Source: Eledone cirrhosa
Lineage: Eukaryota
DNA length: 64,000 bases
Assembly (NCBI GenBank): GCA_964016885.1
Contig: OZ024751.1
Coordinates: 17,174,001 to 17,238,000, forward strand
Reading direction: 5' to 3'
Made by a program: the position numbers and the translations under genes. A model generated the notes under the pieces. The model was not told the DNA's origin. It worked only from the letters and a program-made list of their open reading frames with translations, and did no database searches. How positions within the stretch are numbered: the stretch's first letter is position 1; each line of letters opens with the position of its first letter. Below, piece by piece: positions 39,750 through 53,844 of this stretch.

Positions 39750-40185
39750 TGATCAAATAATCACGTATGTTTATTCAAATAATCACGTATGTTTATTCAA
39801 ATAAATTTGAAATATTGCTTTTTCAATTATTGTGACCACATGATACTTCATTTATCGAGTAAGAAAGCTTATGATTATGGAATCTGTAATTTCAAATATT
39901 GTGGGCCGGTGTTCATTGGTGTTTATAATTGCAGATATAGGTATGTTTTATTTTATCACCGAATGTCAAATAAAAGAAAAATCCTTGTGAGTATTAGCTT
40001 ATGCAGATCTTTCGTCGTTTTGCTTTATGAACATCTGTCATAGTATGTGTGAAAATATGTAGTAACGCAACCGGACGAACTGATTACCCGAATATCTAAA
40101 TTATATCATAATATCTCTACGAGAAAGGTTTATCGAAAAAATAATGTTTAACAAATGCTCATAAATATGCAGCAATATAATATAA

Positions 40186-40651
40186 TAATGGTTCCTTATA
40201 TAGGCACAAGGCTAGCAATTTTGGGTGAGTGGAAAGAAGATTTATTTTATCGACCCCGTAAGGATGAAAGATAAAGTTAACCTCGGCGGAATTTGAACTC
40301 ACATCTTAAAGGGCCGTAACTCTATGTTTCAAAACATGGTGTCCACCACCCTGAAATATAATATAATAATGGTTTCTTATATATATATATATATGATATA
40401 TATTATATGTATATATATTATATATATAATATAATAAAATAATATATATATATATGATATAATAATTGTTTCTACATTTGGCACAAGGTCAGCAATTACT
40501 CAGTGCATTACTGGTACTTTATTTTATCGACCCCGTAAGGATGAAAGGCAAAGTTAACCTTGACAGGATTTGAACTCAGACCGCAAAGAGAAAAACTATG
40601 CTGGAAAGCATAGCGTCCGAGCCTCTACCGATACTGCCAATCCACCGCCCT
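40186..40651 (-). mobile_element. Two SINEs (40186-40352, 40462-40651)
   Basis: Family matches, reverse strand. Confidence 0.9.
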
Positions 40652-41029
40652 TATATATATAATATATTAATCAAAAGAGTTATACTTCAATTAGATTCTT
40701 ATAAATAAGGTAACTGTTTTTATTCGAAGATAAGCAAACATAATCAATAATTTCATATTACCATCATATCATGTTTTAGATATGATATTAGGAAAGAATA
40801 AGACATGAAATTCACCCTCAGTCTCTCTCTCCCTCTCTACCTCTCTCTCTCTCCCTCTCTCTTTCTCTCTCCCACTCCCTCTCTCCATATTTATATATAT
40901 GTAGGAGGTGAGTTTTATTGTAGTACGATAAAGCAATGCAGATATCGGATAGTAGCACTCTACAGTTTGTAGGACTGGAGTATAAATAAAATAATATAAT
41001 TTCAAAAGATGGTTAAAAGAGTTCCAAGT

Positions 41030-41098
41030 ATTTTATTATGCGCATTTCAAAAACAAATATCATCATGATATGACATCTGCATTTTCATCAGATAAAAC
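41030..41098 (-). ncRNA. Type I hammerhead ribozyme, canonical core
   Basis: GTTTTAT-CTGATGA-AAATGCAGATGTCAT-ATCATG-ATGATATTTGTTTTT-GAAA-TGCGCA-TA-ATAAAAT; 14 of 15 helix II positions pair; palindromic ATGCGCAT. Confidence 0.85.
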
Positions 41099-41378
41099 AG
41101 GGATACATGATATGAAGGTTAAAAACCACTTGTGAATAGGGAAGTTTTAAATTAACGTATCAAAAATAATTTAAGATTGATGTGTGATATTGGGAAAAAG
41201 TGAGGGGGGGGGGGGTTGGAAAGGATGGGAAAGAGGAGGAAATGAGAGTAAAGAATGTGTGGGAGGAGTATAAGAAGGAAGGATGAGATAGGAGGAGAGA
41301 TGGGTGATAGAGAGAGAGATAGCCTATCCCCCTCTCTCTCCCACTCCCTCTTTCCATATATATATATATATAATGTTT

Positions 41379-41414
<36 letters not shown>

Positions 41415-41570
41415 TTTTTTCCATTTCTACCACTTCTCATTCTATCTTTCTATTTCATATGTTATTTATCATTCTGTTTTTGTTGAAGGACTAGCTTTGG
41501 ATACGTTAAGAGACATTTCCTATGGTTTCAAGCGTTAAATGAATATATTTTTTCACTGTATTGACGTTTG

Positions 41571-41572
<2 letters not shown>

Positions 41573-41631
<59 letters not shown>

Positions 41632-41777
41632 TAGGTATGTATGTATATATATATATATATATATATATGGTAGGTATGTATGTATATATATATATATATA
41701 TATATGGTAGGTATGTATGTATATATATATATATATATATGGTAGGTATGTATATATATATATATATATGGTAGGTA

Positions 41778-41808
<31 letters not shown>

Positions 41809-41911
41809 GGTAGGTATGTATATATATATATATATATATATATGGTAGGTATGTATATATATATATATATATGGTAGGTATGTATATATATATATATGGT
41901 ATGTATGTATG

Positions 41912-41944
<33 letters not shown>

Positions 41945-41954
41945 GGTATGTATG

Positions 41955-41993
<39 letters not shown>

Positions 41994-41997
41994 TAGG

Positions 41998-42047
<50 letters not shown>

Positions 42048-42065
42048 GGTAGGTATGTATGGTAT
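41573..42065. repeat. Compound minisatellite (TA)n-TGGTAGGTATG
   Basis: About a dozen TGGTA(G/T)GTAT units spaced by variable (TA)n. Confidence 0.92.
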
Positions 42066-42290
42066 ATTTAGTCGATTCACACGTGTTGTTGAAATGTTAG
42101 GTAAATATTGTATTGCGGTCGGCCGTGAAGAGGCTGCGGTTGTTTATTTATCAAATATTTCTTCATAGGAGCCTTTTAATCTTATAGCCTGGTCTAATTG
42201 ATTTTATATGTCGTTAATTATGCTAATTGGGAGAGGAAATAGTGTAGATTTTTATCAAATGATCCTATGGACATACTTTATGATATATTG
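42060..42290. repeat. Unclassified dispersed repeat (second copy 52615-52855)
   Basis: Shared CACGTG.TGTTGAAATGTT.GGTAAATATT and TCTTATAGCCTGGTCTAATTGATT. Confidence 0.75.
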
Positions 42291-42388
42291 CTCTGATTAT
42301 TTAATTTATTAATTCTTCATTGAGCCACATCCTGAATGGTTGCCAAAACATATATATGTGACTTTGTTTAGTTTGTGTATATGTAAAT

Positions 42389-42524
<136 letters not shown>

Positions 42525-42678
42525 CGTTTCTGAATTTCTTTAGCAAGATTCTTTATCTGAAATCGTGTGTTGAAACCGATATTGTTATACTTTGGGAGGG
42601 TCATGTTGCCAATATATATATATATATATATAAAATATATATGAATGGTATTTTCCCTGTTTTCGGCACCTCAGCTTT

Positions 42679-42708
<30 letters not shown>

Positions 42709-42709
<1 letters not shown>

Positions 42710-42910
42710 ACGAATGAAATGTGGTAAGGAACCAGGTGGACCATAACGCACCAAAGTACTCAATACTTAGGGTAGTAGAGTGGGTAATAGGAACGTGTAG
42801 GACACCAACGGCTGAGCTCAAGCCGTTTCGACGGCTAATTCTGGACTACAAGTCCAGAATTAGCCGTTGAAACGGCTTGAGCTCAGCCGTCGGGGTCCTA
42901 CTCGTTCCTA
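42709..42910. mobile_element. Family P copy 7 (best preserved)
   Basis: Tail 42709-42787 plus palindrome 42788-42910 centred on TCTGGACT-ACA-AGTCCAGA. Confidence 0.92.
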
Positions 42911-42926
42911 TATATGTATATATATA

Positions 42927-42973
<47 letters not shown>

Positions 42974-43349
42974 TATTTATGAATAATCATATGTATATGT
43001 CCATAGATTGCTTTAAATAGTGAGCAAAGAAATCTACACCAATCCAAAGCTGTTCAAGTACTCAAACAAACGCTATACGTAGGCCTACACACAACCTTAC
43101 ATTGCTATGACATGGAGATGAAACATTGTATCGAAAATAACGAACGGAATTATCTCTTCTACTTTTACATGAAAATTAAGTTACTTAGTGTATATAGACC
43201 CAGGCATATAAGCTCAGTGTGAAGAATTCAGTGTAAAGAAAAATATATTCAAAAACACAATGGGAAATACAATGAGATTAATGTGTAAATTTTTCTCAAA
43301 CTTATACACACACCGGCGCACAAATGTATATATACATATATAAAGATTT

Positions 43350-43380
43350 GTAAATATATACATATATATATATATTTATG

Positions 43381-43412
<32 letters not shown>

Positions 43413-43450
43413 ATTATATATATATAATTATATATATATATATATATAAT

Positions 43451-43508
<58 letters not shown>

Positions 43509-44069
43509 ATATATATAATTATATAAATATATATATATATATATAATTATATAAATATATATATATATAATTATATAAATATATATATATAATTATATAA
43601 ATATATATAATTATATGAATATATATATATATATAATTATATAGCGGCGATGAATTAGTTTTGCGAGGTTTTTTATATGAAATCGTGTGTCGAAACAGAT
43701 ATTGTTATATTTGGGCAAACAAGCAAACAAATAAATAAATATATAGACGGACTGAACAAAAAAAATGGCGTAGACATACAACACAACAGGAGGAACAATG
43801 AATATAACACCACTGACGATGTTGCAGATGTGCAACGAAAGATTTATGTAAACTATATATATATGTGTTTGTCTATATTGTATCTGTATTATTTTATTTT
43901 TGACCGCCGGTCAGTCAATGGCAACATTGAGGACCGAGTAAGTTAGATCGCAGATATATATATATAAAAGACAGCGAGAAGCGAAAACCAACCAAACAGT
44001 GAGTGTGTTCTGTTATTAATTCTGGCAATATTACGCAAATATGACCCTCCCCAAATATAACAATATAAT

Positions 44070-44101
<32 letters not shown>

Positions 44102-44417
44102 ATTATATATATATATATAATTATATATATATATATAATTATATATATATATATGTATATATATAATTATATATATATATATAATTATATATATATATGC
44201 ATATATATAATTATATATATATATGTATATATATATATAATTATATATATATATATATAATTATATATATATATGTATATATATATATAATTATATATAT
44301 ATATGTATATATATATATAATTATATATATATATATATAATTATATATATATATGTATATATATAATTATATATATATATGTATATATATATATAATTAT
44401 ATATATATATATATAAT

Positions 44418-44449
<32 letters not shown>

Positions 44450-44532
44450 ATTCTATATATATATAGAGAGAGAGAGATAAGTTTGTACGTATATATATAT
44501 ATATCTTTCTGTATATATATATATATATATAT

Positions 44533-44590
<58 letters not shown>
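43350..44590. repeat. (TA)n tracts with periodic TAATTA, then (GA)n
   Basis: Visible at 43350-43640 and 44064-44590, with unique sequence between. Confidence 0.9.
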
Positions 44591-44593
<3 letters not shown>

Positions 44594-45741
44594 TGTATAT
44601 ATACGTACAAACTTATTCGCTTGCGTGTTTGAATATTTCATCAAAAGTTAATGAATAACATTTTATTCTATATTTTTTATTTCTTACTCTGTAATTTAAA
44701 TGTGAGGTAGTACATTATTTATGGTCATATTGCATTTGGTATCTGTGTTCCTTATAACGAATACATAAATCTAAATTTCTACGAGTTTCATTCATTGAAA
44801 TGAGGCGACTATCCTGTACATAAAAATCTCAATATGTTGTACTAGAATTCTTTTCAGCACGTTGTCTTGTATTGTATATAAGTATGCGTGTGTGTATCGG
44901 CATATGCATACATTTATATATATGGGTATATAAATATAAACACGCACACACAGGCACCCTTACAAAAATACTCACTCGCAGACATACATTCACGCAAATA
45001 CACATACATTCTCACAAACACGTACATATTTCACACACGCACACACATACATTTACTCAAACACACACATAACACAATCATATACACTTGCACACAGTAT
45101 AGAAAAATGAAACGACAGCTGCTGTTTTACTATAGTTCTTTTACCATCCTCTTCCTTCCTTTTAAATACATACACACACACACGGACGTACTGAAATCGC
45201 TCGAATTTATATATAAATGTAGTAATAAAGAGTGATAAGTTTATGAAAGCTGATACAATGTGGTAGAAATATATTAAGGGCAAAGGATGACAAATAAAAC
45301 TATAGAAAGTAATATTTTACCCACATAGGCCAGTTACAGTAGAATACATCGATCGTTAATTTTATTTTCAACTGTTTTAGCTCCATTTTTAGCTCTGTTT
45401 TAGCTCCATAGGAGTATAGTAGCCCTGAAATATGTTGGAATGTTTGGGGTAAAACATTACATTCTTCCGTTTTATTTGTCATCGTTTGCACTACATATAT
45501 TTCTACAGCATTGTATCGGCCTTTTGAAATTTAACATTCTTTATTTCATATTTCACTATACTTCGTGTCAACTATACAACTTTAAGGTATGTAGTCTTGC
45601 TTAGTGGATAATTAATATTGAGAACGTAAAATTCTACTGTCAGAAATATGGTCCTCCTTCGTTGTGTAGGTACTATGTGCATGCAATAATTTGTCTTTGT
45701 TCACCATCATCGGCTTCCGGGCTCACTATTATCATATGTGA

Positions 45742-45856
45742 ACGAAAGGATGAAAGTCAAAGTTAACATCGGGGTGATTTGAATATAAAAGACCATAATT
45801 CTATGCTGCAAATCACGGTGTCTGACGCTCTACCGATACTACCAATCCACCGCCCT
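45742..45856 (-). mobile_element. SINE 5' half
   Basis: Family match; adjoins (TAA)n/(TAG)n. Confidence 0.75.
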
Positions 45857-45868
45857 AATATGATGATG

Positions 45869-45904
<36 letters not shown>

Positions 45905-46466
45905 GTAGTAGTAGTAGTAGAAGTAGTAGTAGTAGTAGTAGTGGTGGTAGTAGCCGTAGGAATAATAATAGTAATAGTAGTAATTGTTGTAGTAGTAGTA
46001 GTAGTAGCAGTAGTGTTGTTAGTGATGGTAGTAAATGTTGCATTCGTATGTTTAGTACTAACGGATATAATAGCAGTTTATATTTTCTCTTATTGATATC
46101 TTACTTGCCCTAGATATAAATGTTATTATTCTTCAGAATTTAAATTATTTAAAATGTCATGAGAAACTGAAATAAAATGCCTAGAACTACCAGTAGACAT
46201 AAAACCATTATCTTGTCTTGTTTACACGCTAGTATTTACCTGTTCTAGATATATTGAAATAATTTGATAAACCATTTAACACCTAAATGAAAAGTTCGTG
46301 TTTAAACACCTTAATGTCTTTGAAGAATTTCAAATGGTACGACAGTCCGTACGGAATTTGCTATACTTTTGTTATATCGGTAGAATGAAATAAAAAACTA
46401 TATATATATATATATATATATATGATAAAGAACACAAGAGCGTCTACAACATCAAAAGATTTTTAT

Positions 46467-46515
46467 TGGCTTACAATGTTTCTTCCTTACGTAACCGTAG
46501 GATTCGTCAGAGCTA
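46467..46515 (-). ncRNA. Minimal type I hammerhead ribozyme, canonical core
   Basis: TAGCT-CTGACGA-A-TCCTACG-GTTA-CGTAAGGA-A-GAAA-CATTG-TA-AGCCA then AATAAA. Confidence 0.8.
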
Positions 46516-47139
46516 TAAAAGGGGTTTGATTGGTGTTATGGACTCTACCAACCAAACATTCAAGAACAAAGAGTAAAGAGAGTAAAGAGCAAAAGTAGGG
46601 GAAGATAAGTCTAATTTTGGTGCGGCAGGGTGGGGTGTGGGTCCTTGTTTACTAGCTGCGGTCATATTCATTCCCGGGAGTCGAGTGGTTAGCTGAACCA
46701 TAGATGGGGTGGCGTCGATAGTATGGTGCAGAGGGTGTGCAGAGGCTACACAAACGCAAAGGGCATACAATATATATATATATAACGGAGGAGAAAGTAC
46801 ATGAGGTAATTAGAAATGGAAAAAGAGTAATAATAATAATAATCTATAATTAATAATGTATAATAAGGCATGGGGAAGATTACACTATAATAAGGTATAA
46901 AAGTAAGAATAAGGTAAAATATAAAGGAGGATAAAAGTGGAAATAATAAATATAAAAAATATATATGTAAAAAAATATATAGAGAATATATAAAGAAATA
47001 TAAGCGAATATTTGGAGGGGAAAACACAATGTAAAAAAAACGATTTTTTCAAATAAAATTAAAAATATTATAATTATGGGGGGAGAAAACGGGATAGAGA
47101 AATATGATCAAATGTGATTAGTTGAGAGAATATAAGATG

Positions 47140-47325
47140 ATAATAGTTATGTCAAGTTTATACATCTTAATAATAAATAATCTGTGTATCAGAGTTACAG
47201 AACCTTCAATTCACTTACAGGTTCAAGCCACGTGGCATAGTCCATTGTTTATCTGTGCGGTCATGCGCGTTTGTTTTTGACACCACAGCAGATGCACAAG
47301 TTCGTAAATTCCAATGAAGATAGAA
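47140..47325 (-). pseudogene. Degraded PLE GIY-YIG endonuclease remnant
   Basis: Fragments TRMTAQIN, PVSE and FIIKMYKLDI resemble PLE GIY-YIG C-termini; same strand and upstream of the 46467 hammerhead. Confidence 0.35.
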
Positions 47326-47507
47326 ATCTATTTTTGCTCACCCGGACATTGACGGAGGATCCAATATTCCTAGTTCAATATGTGTGTGGTGTTATTTTGG
47401 TCGCACAAATCAATCGAATTTCTTTTTACTTAAAACATGTGGTTCACGAAGGCTTTTTTCTAAAAATGTAAAAAATGTAATTTGATTGGTTATAAATGGA
47501 TTTATGA

Positions 47508-47811
47508 CTGTAACGTGAACAAGTACGTTAAATTTCGCGCCCGTATTTTGCTCTTGTTTTATAGCAATTTAGAGAATTTTGTGCCAAACAAAAGATAATG
47601 GTCAAGAAAAAGGGATGGAGAGAGTTGTTCTGAGTATGACTGATGTGCTGAAATGTAATTTGAATGGTTATAAGGGAGATTATAACTGTTACGTGAACAA
47701 GTACATTCAATTTCGCGCCCGTATTTTGGAATTTATTTTGTAGCCTTTTAGAGAATGTTGTGCCAAACAAAAGATAATGGTCAAGAAAAATGTGATGGGG
47801 AGAATTGTTCT
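47508..47811. repeat. Tandem duplication, 178-bp period
   Basis: ACGTGAACAAGTAC...TTTCGCGCCCGTATTTTG...GTGCCAAACAAAAGATAATGGTCAAGAAAAA occurs twice. Confidence 0.88.
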
Positions 47812-48566
47812 GGTTCAGTGAATATGGCTGGTGCGCTGGGTTGTCATAATTCAGACTTTCTATTGAAATAAAGAAAGTAGAGATATGTTTCTTTATTTGC
47901 GTGCTTGTGTGTGTGTGTAAGAAGATGATTCTATCAGTAAAAATGGGGTAGTGAGTTGTGTCTGCATGGGTGTTATGTGTGTGTGTGAGTATTGTTAGCA
48001 TGTTAAGATGGAGAGAATATATATATTCTGTGTGTGTGTAGGAAAATGATTCTATTAGTAGAAATCGGGGAGAGAGTTGTGTGTGTGTATGGGTGTTATA
48101 TGAGTGTCGATGAGTGTTATGTGTGTGTGTGTGTGTGTATGTGTGTATGTGTATGTGTGTGTGTGGGAGTAGGGTTAGCATGTTAAGATGGAGAGAATAT
48201 ATATATATTTTCTGTGTGTGTGTAGGAAAATGATTCCGTTAGTAGAAATTGGGGAGGGAGTTATGTGTGTGTAGGGGTGTGGTTAGCATGTTAATGTGTT
48301 AGAGTATTAACATATGTTAAGGTTTATTTAATTGTGGCTGTTTTTTCTAATATAGGAGTTATGTGTGTGTGTATGTGTCTGTTGGGATGGTTAGCATGTA
48401 ATGGTGTTGACACAATGTGTATTAAACTATATTTAATGGTGGTCTATATTTTTGAATAAACATATTTTCCTTATTTATTCGTATTTGTTCTGTTCTATTG
48501 TCAACACGTATATATATATATATGTGTGTCCGTGTGCGTGTGTGTGTGTATGTATGTGTGGGTGTA

Positions 48567-48609
<43 letters not shown>

Positions 48610-48634
48610 ATATATACACACATATATATATATA

Positions 48635-48669
<35 letters not shown>

Positions 48670-48671
<2 letters not shown>

Positions 48672-48862
48672 CGAAGGAAATGTGGTGAGGAAGCAGATGG
48701 ACTATAACGCACCAAAGTACTCAATACTTAGGGTAGTAGAGTGGGTGATAGGAACGAGTAGGACGCCGAAGGCTGAGCTCAAGCTGTTTCGATGGCTAAT
48801 TCTGGACTGAATTAGCCGTCGAAACGACTTGAGCTCAGCCGTCGGGGTCCTACTCATTCCTA
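48670..48862. mobile_element. Family P copy 8
   Basis: Tail plus palindrome, between (TA)n tracts. Confidence 0.92.
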
Positions 48863-48924
48863 CATATATATATATATATGGAACAAACACAAAGAGCGCT
48901 TACATCATCAATTAATCTTTATTT

Positions 48925-48969
48925 GCTGACAGTGTTTCGTCCTTGCATAATTGCAGGAATCATCAGAGC
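48925..48969 (-). ncRNA. Minimal type I hammerhead ribozyme, canonical core
   Basis: GCT-CTGATGA-T-TCCTGCA-ATTA-TGCAAGGA-C-GAAA-CACTG-TC-AGC then AATAAA. Confidence 0.8.
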
Positions 48970-49741
48970 GTTATAAAGAGGAATTAGATCAATAGTATAA
49001 CCTCTACCGACCTATATCACAAGAACGATCCATATGAAACACAGAGGACTAAGAAGAGTGGGGTGCTTGGGCGACGCGTCACCGCTAGAAGCCAATTAAT
49101 ATAAGACCAAAATCAGTTACAATAAATAAAGATAAGGAAAAATAATGAAAAATAAGGAAAGATAATTAAAGATAAGGAAAAATAAAAGATAAGGCAATTA
49201 AAGATAAGAGATAAAACGTAAAATGTAGTGTCTAGAAGTAAGGATAAGATAAACATAACAATAAAGGAAATATAAAAAAAAATATAAAGAAATAAGAAAA
49301 AAAATAACAACAAATAATAAAAGTAAAAATAAACATTAGAATAAAAAATAGGAGGTGATAAAAATAAAAATAAAAATAAAAATAAAAATAATAAAAATAA
49401 AAATAAAAATAAAATGAAACATAAAAGATAACACATTATATAAGCAATGCACATAAATGCAAGTAAATATGGTTGTAGACAATAGAGGATTTCAGAGGTG
49501 ACAGTTTAAGAATAGTATCAACCAAAGTGAATGTAGGCAGAGTCAGATATAGCGGAAGCCAGATAAAGCGATCATATCGTGGAATTCCATGTATCCATCA
49601 CAGTATGGCAACAAGTGTTAGGGGTGGCGTTCAAATGCAATTTATCTGTGTGGTTCACAGAACATATAGGTTGCTAAAGCAAAGTGTAGTGGAAGCAGGT
49701 GAAAGCAATCATCATAGATATCAGTAGAATATAACGTTTGC

Positions 49742-49781
<40 letters not shown>

Positions 49782-50791
49782 AAGTCTACATAGACCCACG
49801 TACACACGCACATACAGACATATATATATAAATATACATACATACATGCATGTATCTACGTATTCCATTCGTCCATGTTACCCCTTACGATCACAATATC
49901 ATCTACTCCAGTCTCATGCCGTGATCAATACCTCCGCATCATAGCTGTGGGGTTGTGAATCCATGCAATCCTAAGTTTCCCAGCATACCACGTGGTGTAA
50001 AGAATGACTCGAATTATCCAAGTCATATAAGTATAGATGTAACTATACATATCAAGCTGTAAGTTACATTCGACGCATCCACAGTATCGCTTACATTATT
50101 CCAACCTGGTACAATGGTAATCCAATATGCTTTAATTTAATTAATTAAATCAAATCAATTAACCGTTTAATTCCAGTATTTACAGCGTTCCGGCGCTTCT
50201 GTGTTCTTCACTCTGCCCACATTCAAAGATCAACACATATATATAATGAGAGTAATGTCCAGTTCCTTTAGGTTCACCAGAGTGAGCACTTGCTGCCTAG
50301 TTTCCAGTAGGTATAAAGGTGTTGTACTAAGTAGTATGTAATACTACTAATAATAAAAAGGACGTAGTGTTAGATCTTCATTACGTTCATTGAGGTGTGA
50401 TACGCATTTCGCGATTGATCAGTACAAGGCTCGATCTGTATAGATCTGACCCGACTCTGGAGTTAAAAGGTAGTATTTTACTTATCTGGGAATGACTGAA
50501 ACAACTAGAATTGTATTTCTATTCTAGTTGAGCCTCCTAAAATCATACTTATCGAACTCGCAGCACGTGTATATAATGGTAAATATATAAGAATATACAC
50601 ACATAAGCGTTGTTATGTAATAAAATGAAGGAGCAACCACTTGACTGAAGGCCCAATCTTTATAAAATGGTTTATTTAAGTTAATGCTAACATATATACA
50701 ATAAACTTTACAATATTTTGTACGACTAATAAGACTGAATAAGCTTGGAACACGCCAATCCTCCTATCTTATACTTGCCTAAATATATAAA

Positions 50792-50971
50792 TAATTGTTT
50801 CTACTTTTTGGCACAAGGCCAGCAATTATTCCAGTGCATTACTGGTACTTATTTTATCGACCCCGTAAGGATGAAAGGCAAAGTTAAACTCGGCAGGATT
50901 TGAATTCGGAATGGCAAGTGTTGTAAATTTATGCGACAAAGCATGGCGTCCGACCCTCTACCGACACTGCC
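50792..50971 (-). mobile_element. SINE, short subfamily
   Basis: Family match. Confidence 0.9.
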
Positions 50972-51492
50972 TGAGCACTGATTTTCTGCTCCACAAGTAT
51001 TTTTAATATGTTTGTTGATGTTCAATGCATTAAGTATCTGGACACGAACTTAACTATTGCCTTTTAGCGTGGGTGGAGTTTTATATGATAAACGTGTTTG
51101 GTAATAGACGACAAGACATTACAGAGAAACGTTATCAATTCGATAGATCCGATAGGCGGGATAGCTAATACATCTTATGACAGAGAATACATTCATTTTA
51201 ACTAAGGGAAATTGATATCATTTTCGTAACGTTTCAACCAATGGTTGGAAGACAGATTGTTTAGTTCCTCCAATCAACCCCAACATTTCTTAGCTATAAT
51301 TATGCTTACATCTTTGTCTAAAGGAGAATATGATATGTTTTCTTTCGGGATTAGATTTGAAGAGACACTAAGAGGCTATATGCTAAACAAAATTAAATGA
51401 AATAGTAATGTTTGAACACTTTATGTTTCTACTTAATCAAACCATATTACATTAAGAAACAGAAAGTGCATCCCTCAAACACACACACACAC

Positions 51493-51558
<66 letters not shown>

Positions 51559-51644
51559 GTATATATATATACATACATGTATATATATGAATATAAATAT
51601 ATACATATATATATATATATAAATATAAACATATATACACACAC

Positions 51645-51711
<67 letters not shown>

Positions 51712-51859
51712 CACATACATATATATACATACATATAAATATATATACTATATATATATACATATACTCACACATATATGTAGATGTATGCACACTCACA
51801 TACACACATACACACACATACACACACACACATATATATATATACATATATATATATAT

Positions 51860-52468
51860 GGTGGCTGCCAACTCGTTTTCGAGTACGGCCACTACTTTAT
51901 ATCCAGGTAGGAGAACCCCTACCGATGCGCTGAACGAGTGTTACTTTTTAGTCCAGCCAGCGACTTGAAAACTCTGGTAGAAACACTACACCTGTGACAA
52001 TTATAGACACATAGTGCTGGGCCCATGGTACCATGTGACGACAAGTGCAGAGAGATCTCCAGATATAAAGCAATGCCTGTGCCGTGAAGCTTTTATAGTG
52101 AGCAAAGGCACTACACAAAGCCAGTCCCACTCTCTTAACCAAGATGATATTTATCAAAAAGAAGAACAAGACAACATCATTGGATACCATCAGGGTTGCA
52201 GGTGTTATATCAGAGTTTTCCTTCTCCTAGAATTCTGCCTTGACAAAGGCTAAGGGGTCATCTCTCCCGTTGATTTTGGATGTCCATTGACTCTTAAGAG
52301 CTCCTTTGCCCTTTGACAGGTATTGTTTTTAGTCCTGCAGGATGTCCAAAGTCACCCTCCTCACCAAGAAACCTTGGTGGGGTTGCCAGTTTAGACGCCA
52401 ACGACCCGACAATGAGACAGGTTATACTGGAATACATGTTACCAGTAGCACCAACTGGTGACTTGACA
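51860..52468 (+). mobile_element. GC-richer insertion in (TA)n, possibly RTE-type 5'UTR-derived
   Basis: Sharp boundaries at microsatellites; TTTTCCTTCTCCTAG...CAAAGGCTAA resembles RTE leader sequences (from memory). Confidence 0.4.
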
Positions 52469-52498
52469 TAAATGTGTATATATATATATATACATACG

Positions 52499-52567
<69 letters not shown>

Positions 52568-52854
52568 ATATATACATACATATAAGCATTTCTAACTTTA
52601 ATTTTTACCTAATTATGTATGGTTGACCGTATATTTCATTAGTTTCCACGTGCTGTTGAAATGTTGGGTAAATATTCTATAGCGGTTGGATGCGAAGACA
52701 CTACTGTGGCGTATTTATTTACTGTTTCTTCTTAGGTGCCTTTTATTCTTATAGCCTGGTCTAATTGATTGTTTGTGTGGTTAATTATGTTGATTGGGAG
52801 TAGAGATGATGTATATATATTATCAAATAATTCTCTAGACATACTTTACTCTAT

Positions 52855-52943
<89 letters not shown>

Positions 52944-53751
52944 ATAATAATAAATTTGAAGACTAAAATCCAAAGTGTGCTCGATAAGGATAAATATATA
53001 TCAAATATATAAGAACCGTAGAGAAAATATTTATTAAAAAAAAACAGATTAAAGTTTAAGCAAAGGATTGTGTGCGTGTGTATATATATATATATATAAA
53101 TGAGTGTGTATGGTTTTGTTTACAGATTGATACGGTGTTTAATCATCATGCACCCTATTATTTGTTATAGTAATGCCTGTCATAAGCGCACGAAAGTATG
53201 CACTGTTTTCAACTAGCTTACACAAAAATCGATACCAACTATCAAGGAGACAAGTACGGCAAACACTATCGTAACATTCTTTGAATTTAAGTATTTTCTA
53301 CTCCATTAGGAATAAATCTGTCATATTTATTCGATTTTGTATCTGCTTTGACATCTCTTGATAGTTTGATTTGCTGAAATCCGTAAGTTCAATGCTGTTA
53401 TGTGTCAGTTGCTGCCTACATGTGTACTGAATCAGTAAATGTTCTAAGGAAATAGTTAAATTTCAAGAAGTTATATACAATGATTAAATTAGAATAAGTC
53501 TATAAGTGTTCACGTGTATGGCCGGTGAGTATTGCTGTTATTGAAAGCAACCATATGGTCCACGACACATCTAAAACACTTTTTTTCTATCTAACAGACG
53601 AAATTTATTTCCATATTTGAACGATAGTTGTGTAAAGAGTAGCCTTGCGAATTATTAGATAAATAAGAATCACGTTGCTTGGTAACTTTCTTGAATATCA
53701 CCGACGTAAATAGCTTTAGAAATTTATAATATCGACATCGCAGCCTTCAGA

Positions 53752-53790
<39 letters not shown>

Positions 53791-53844
53791 AATATGAGAA
53801 TAAACGTGCTGCGCGGTTGCTAATGGGTTTTATATATATATAGG

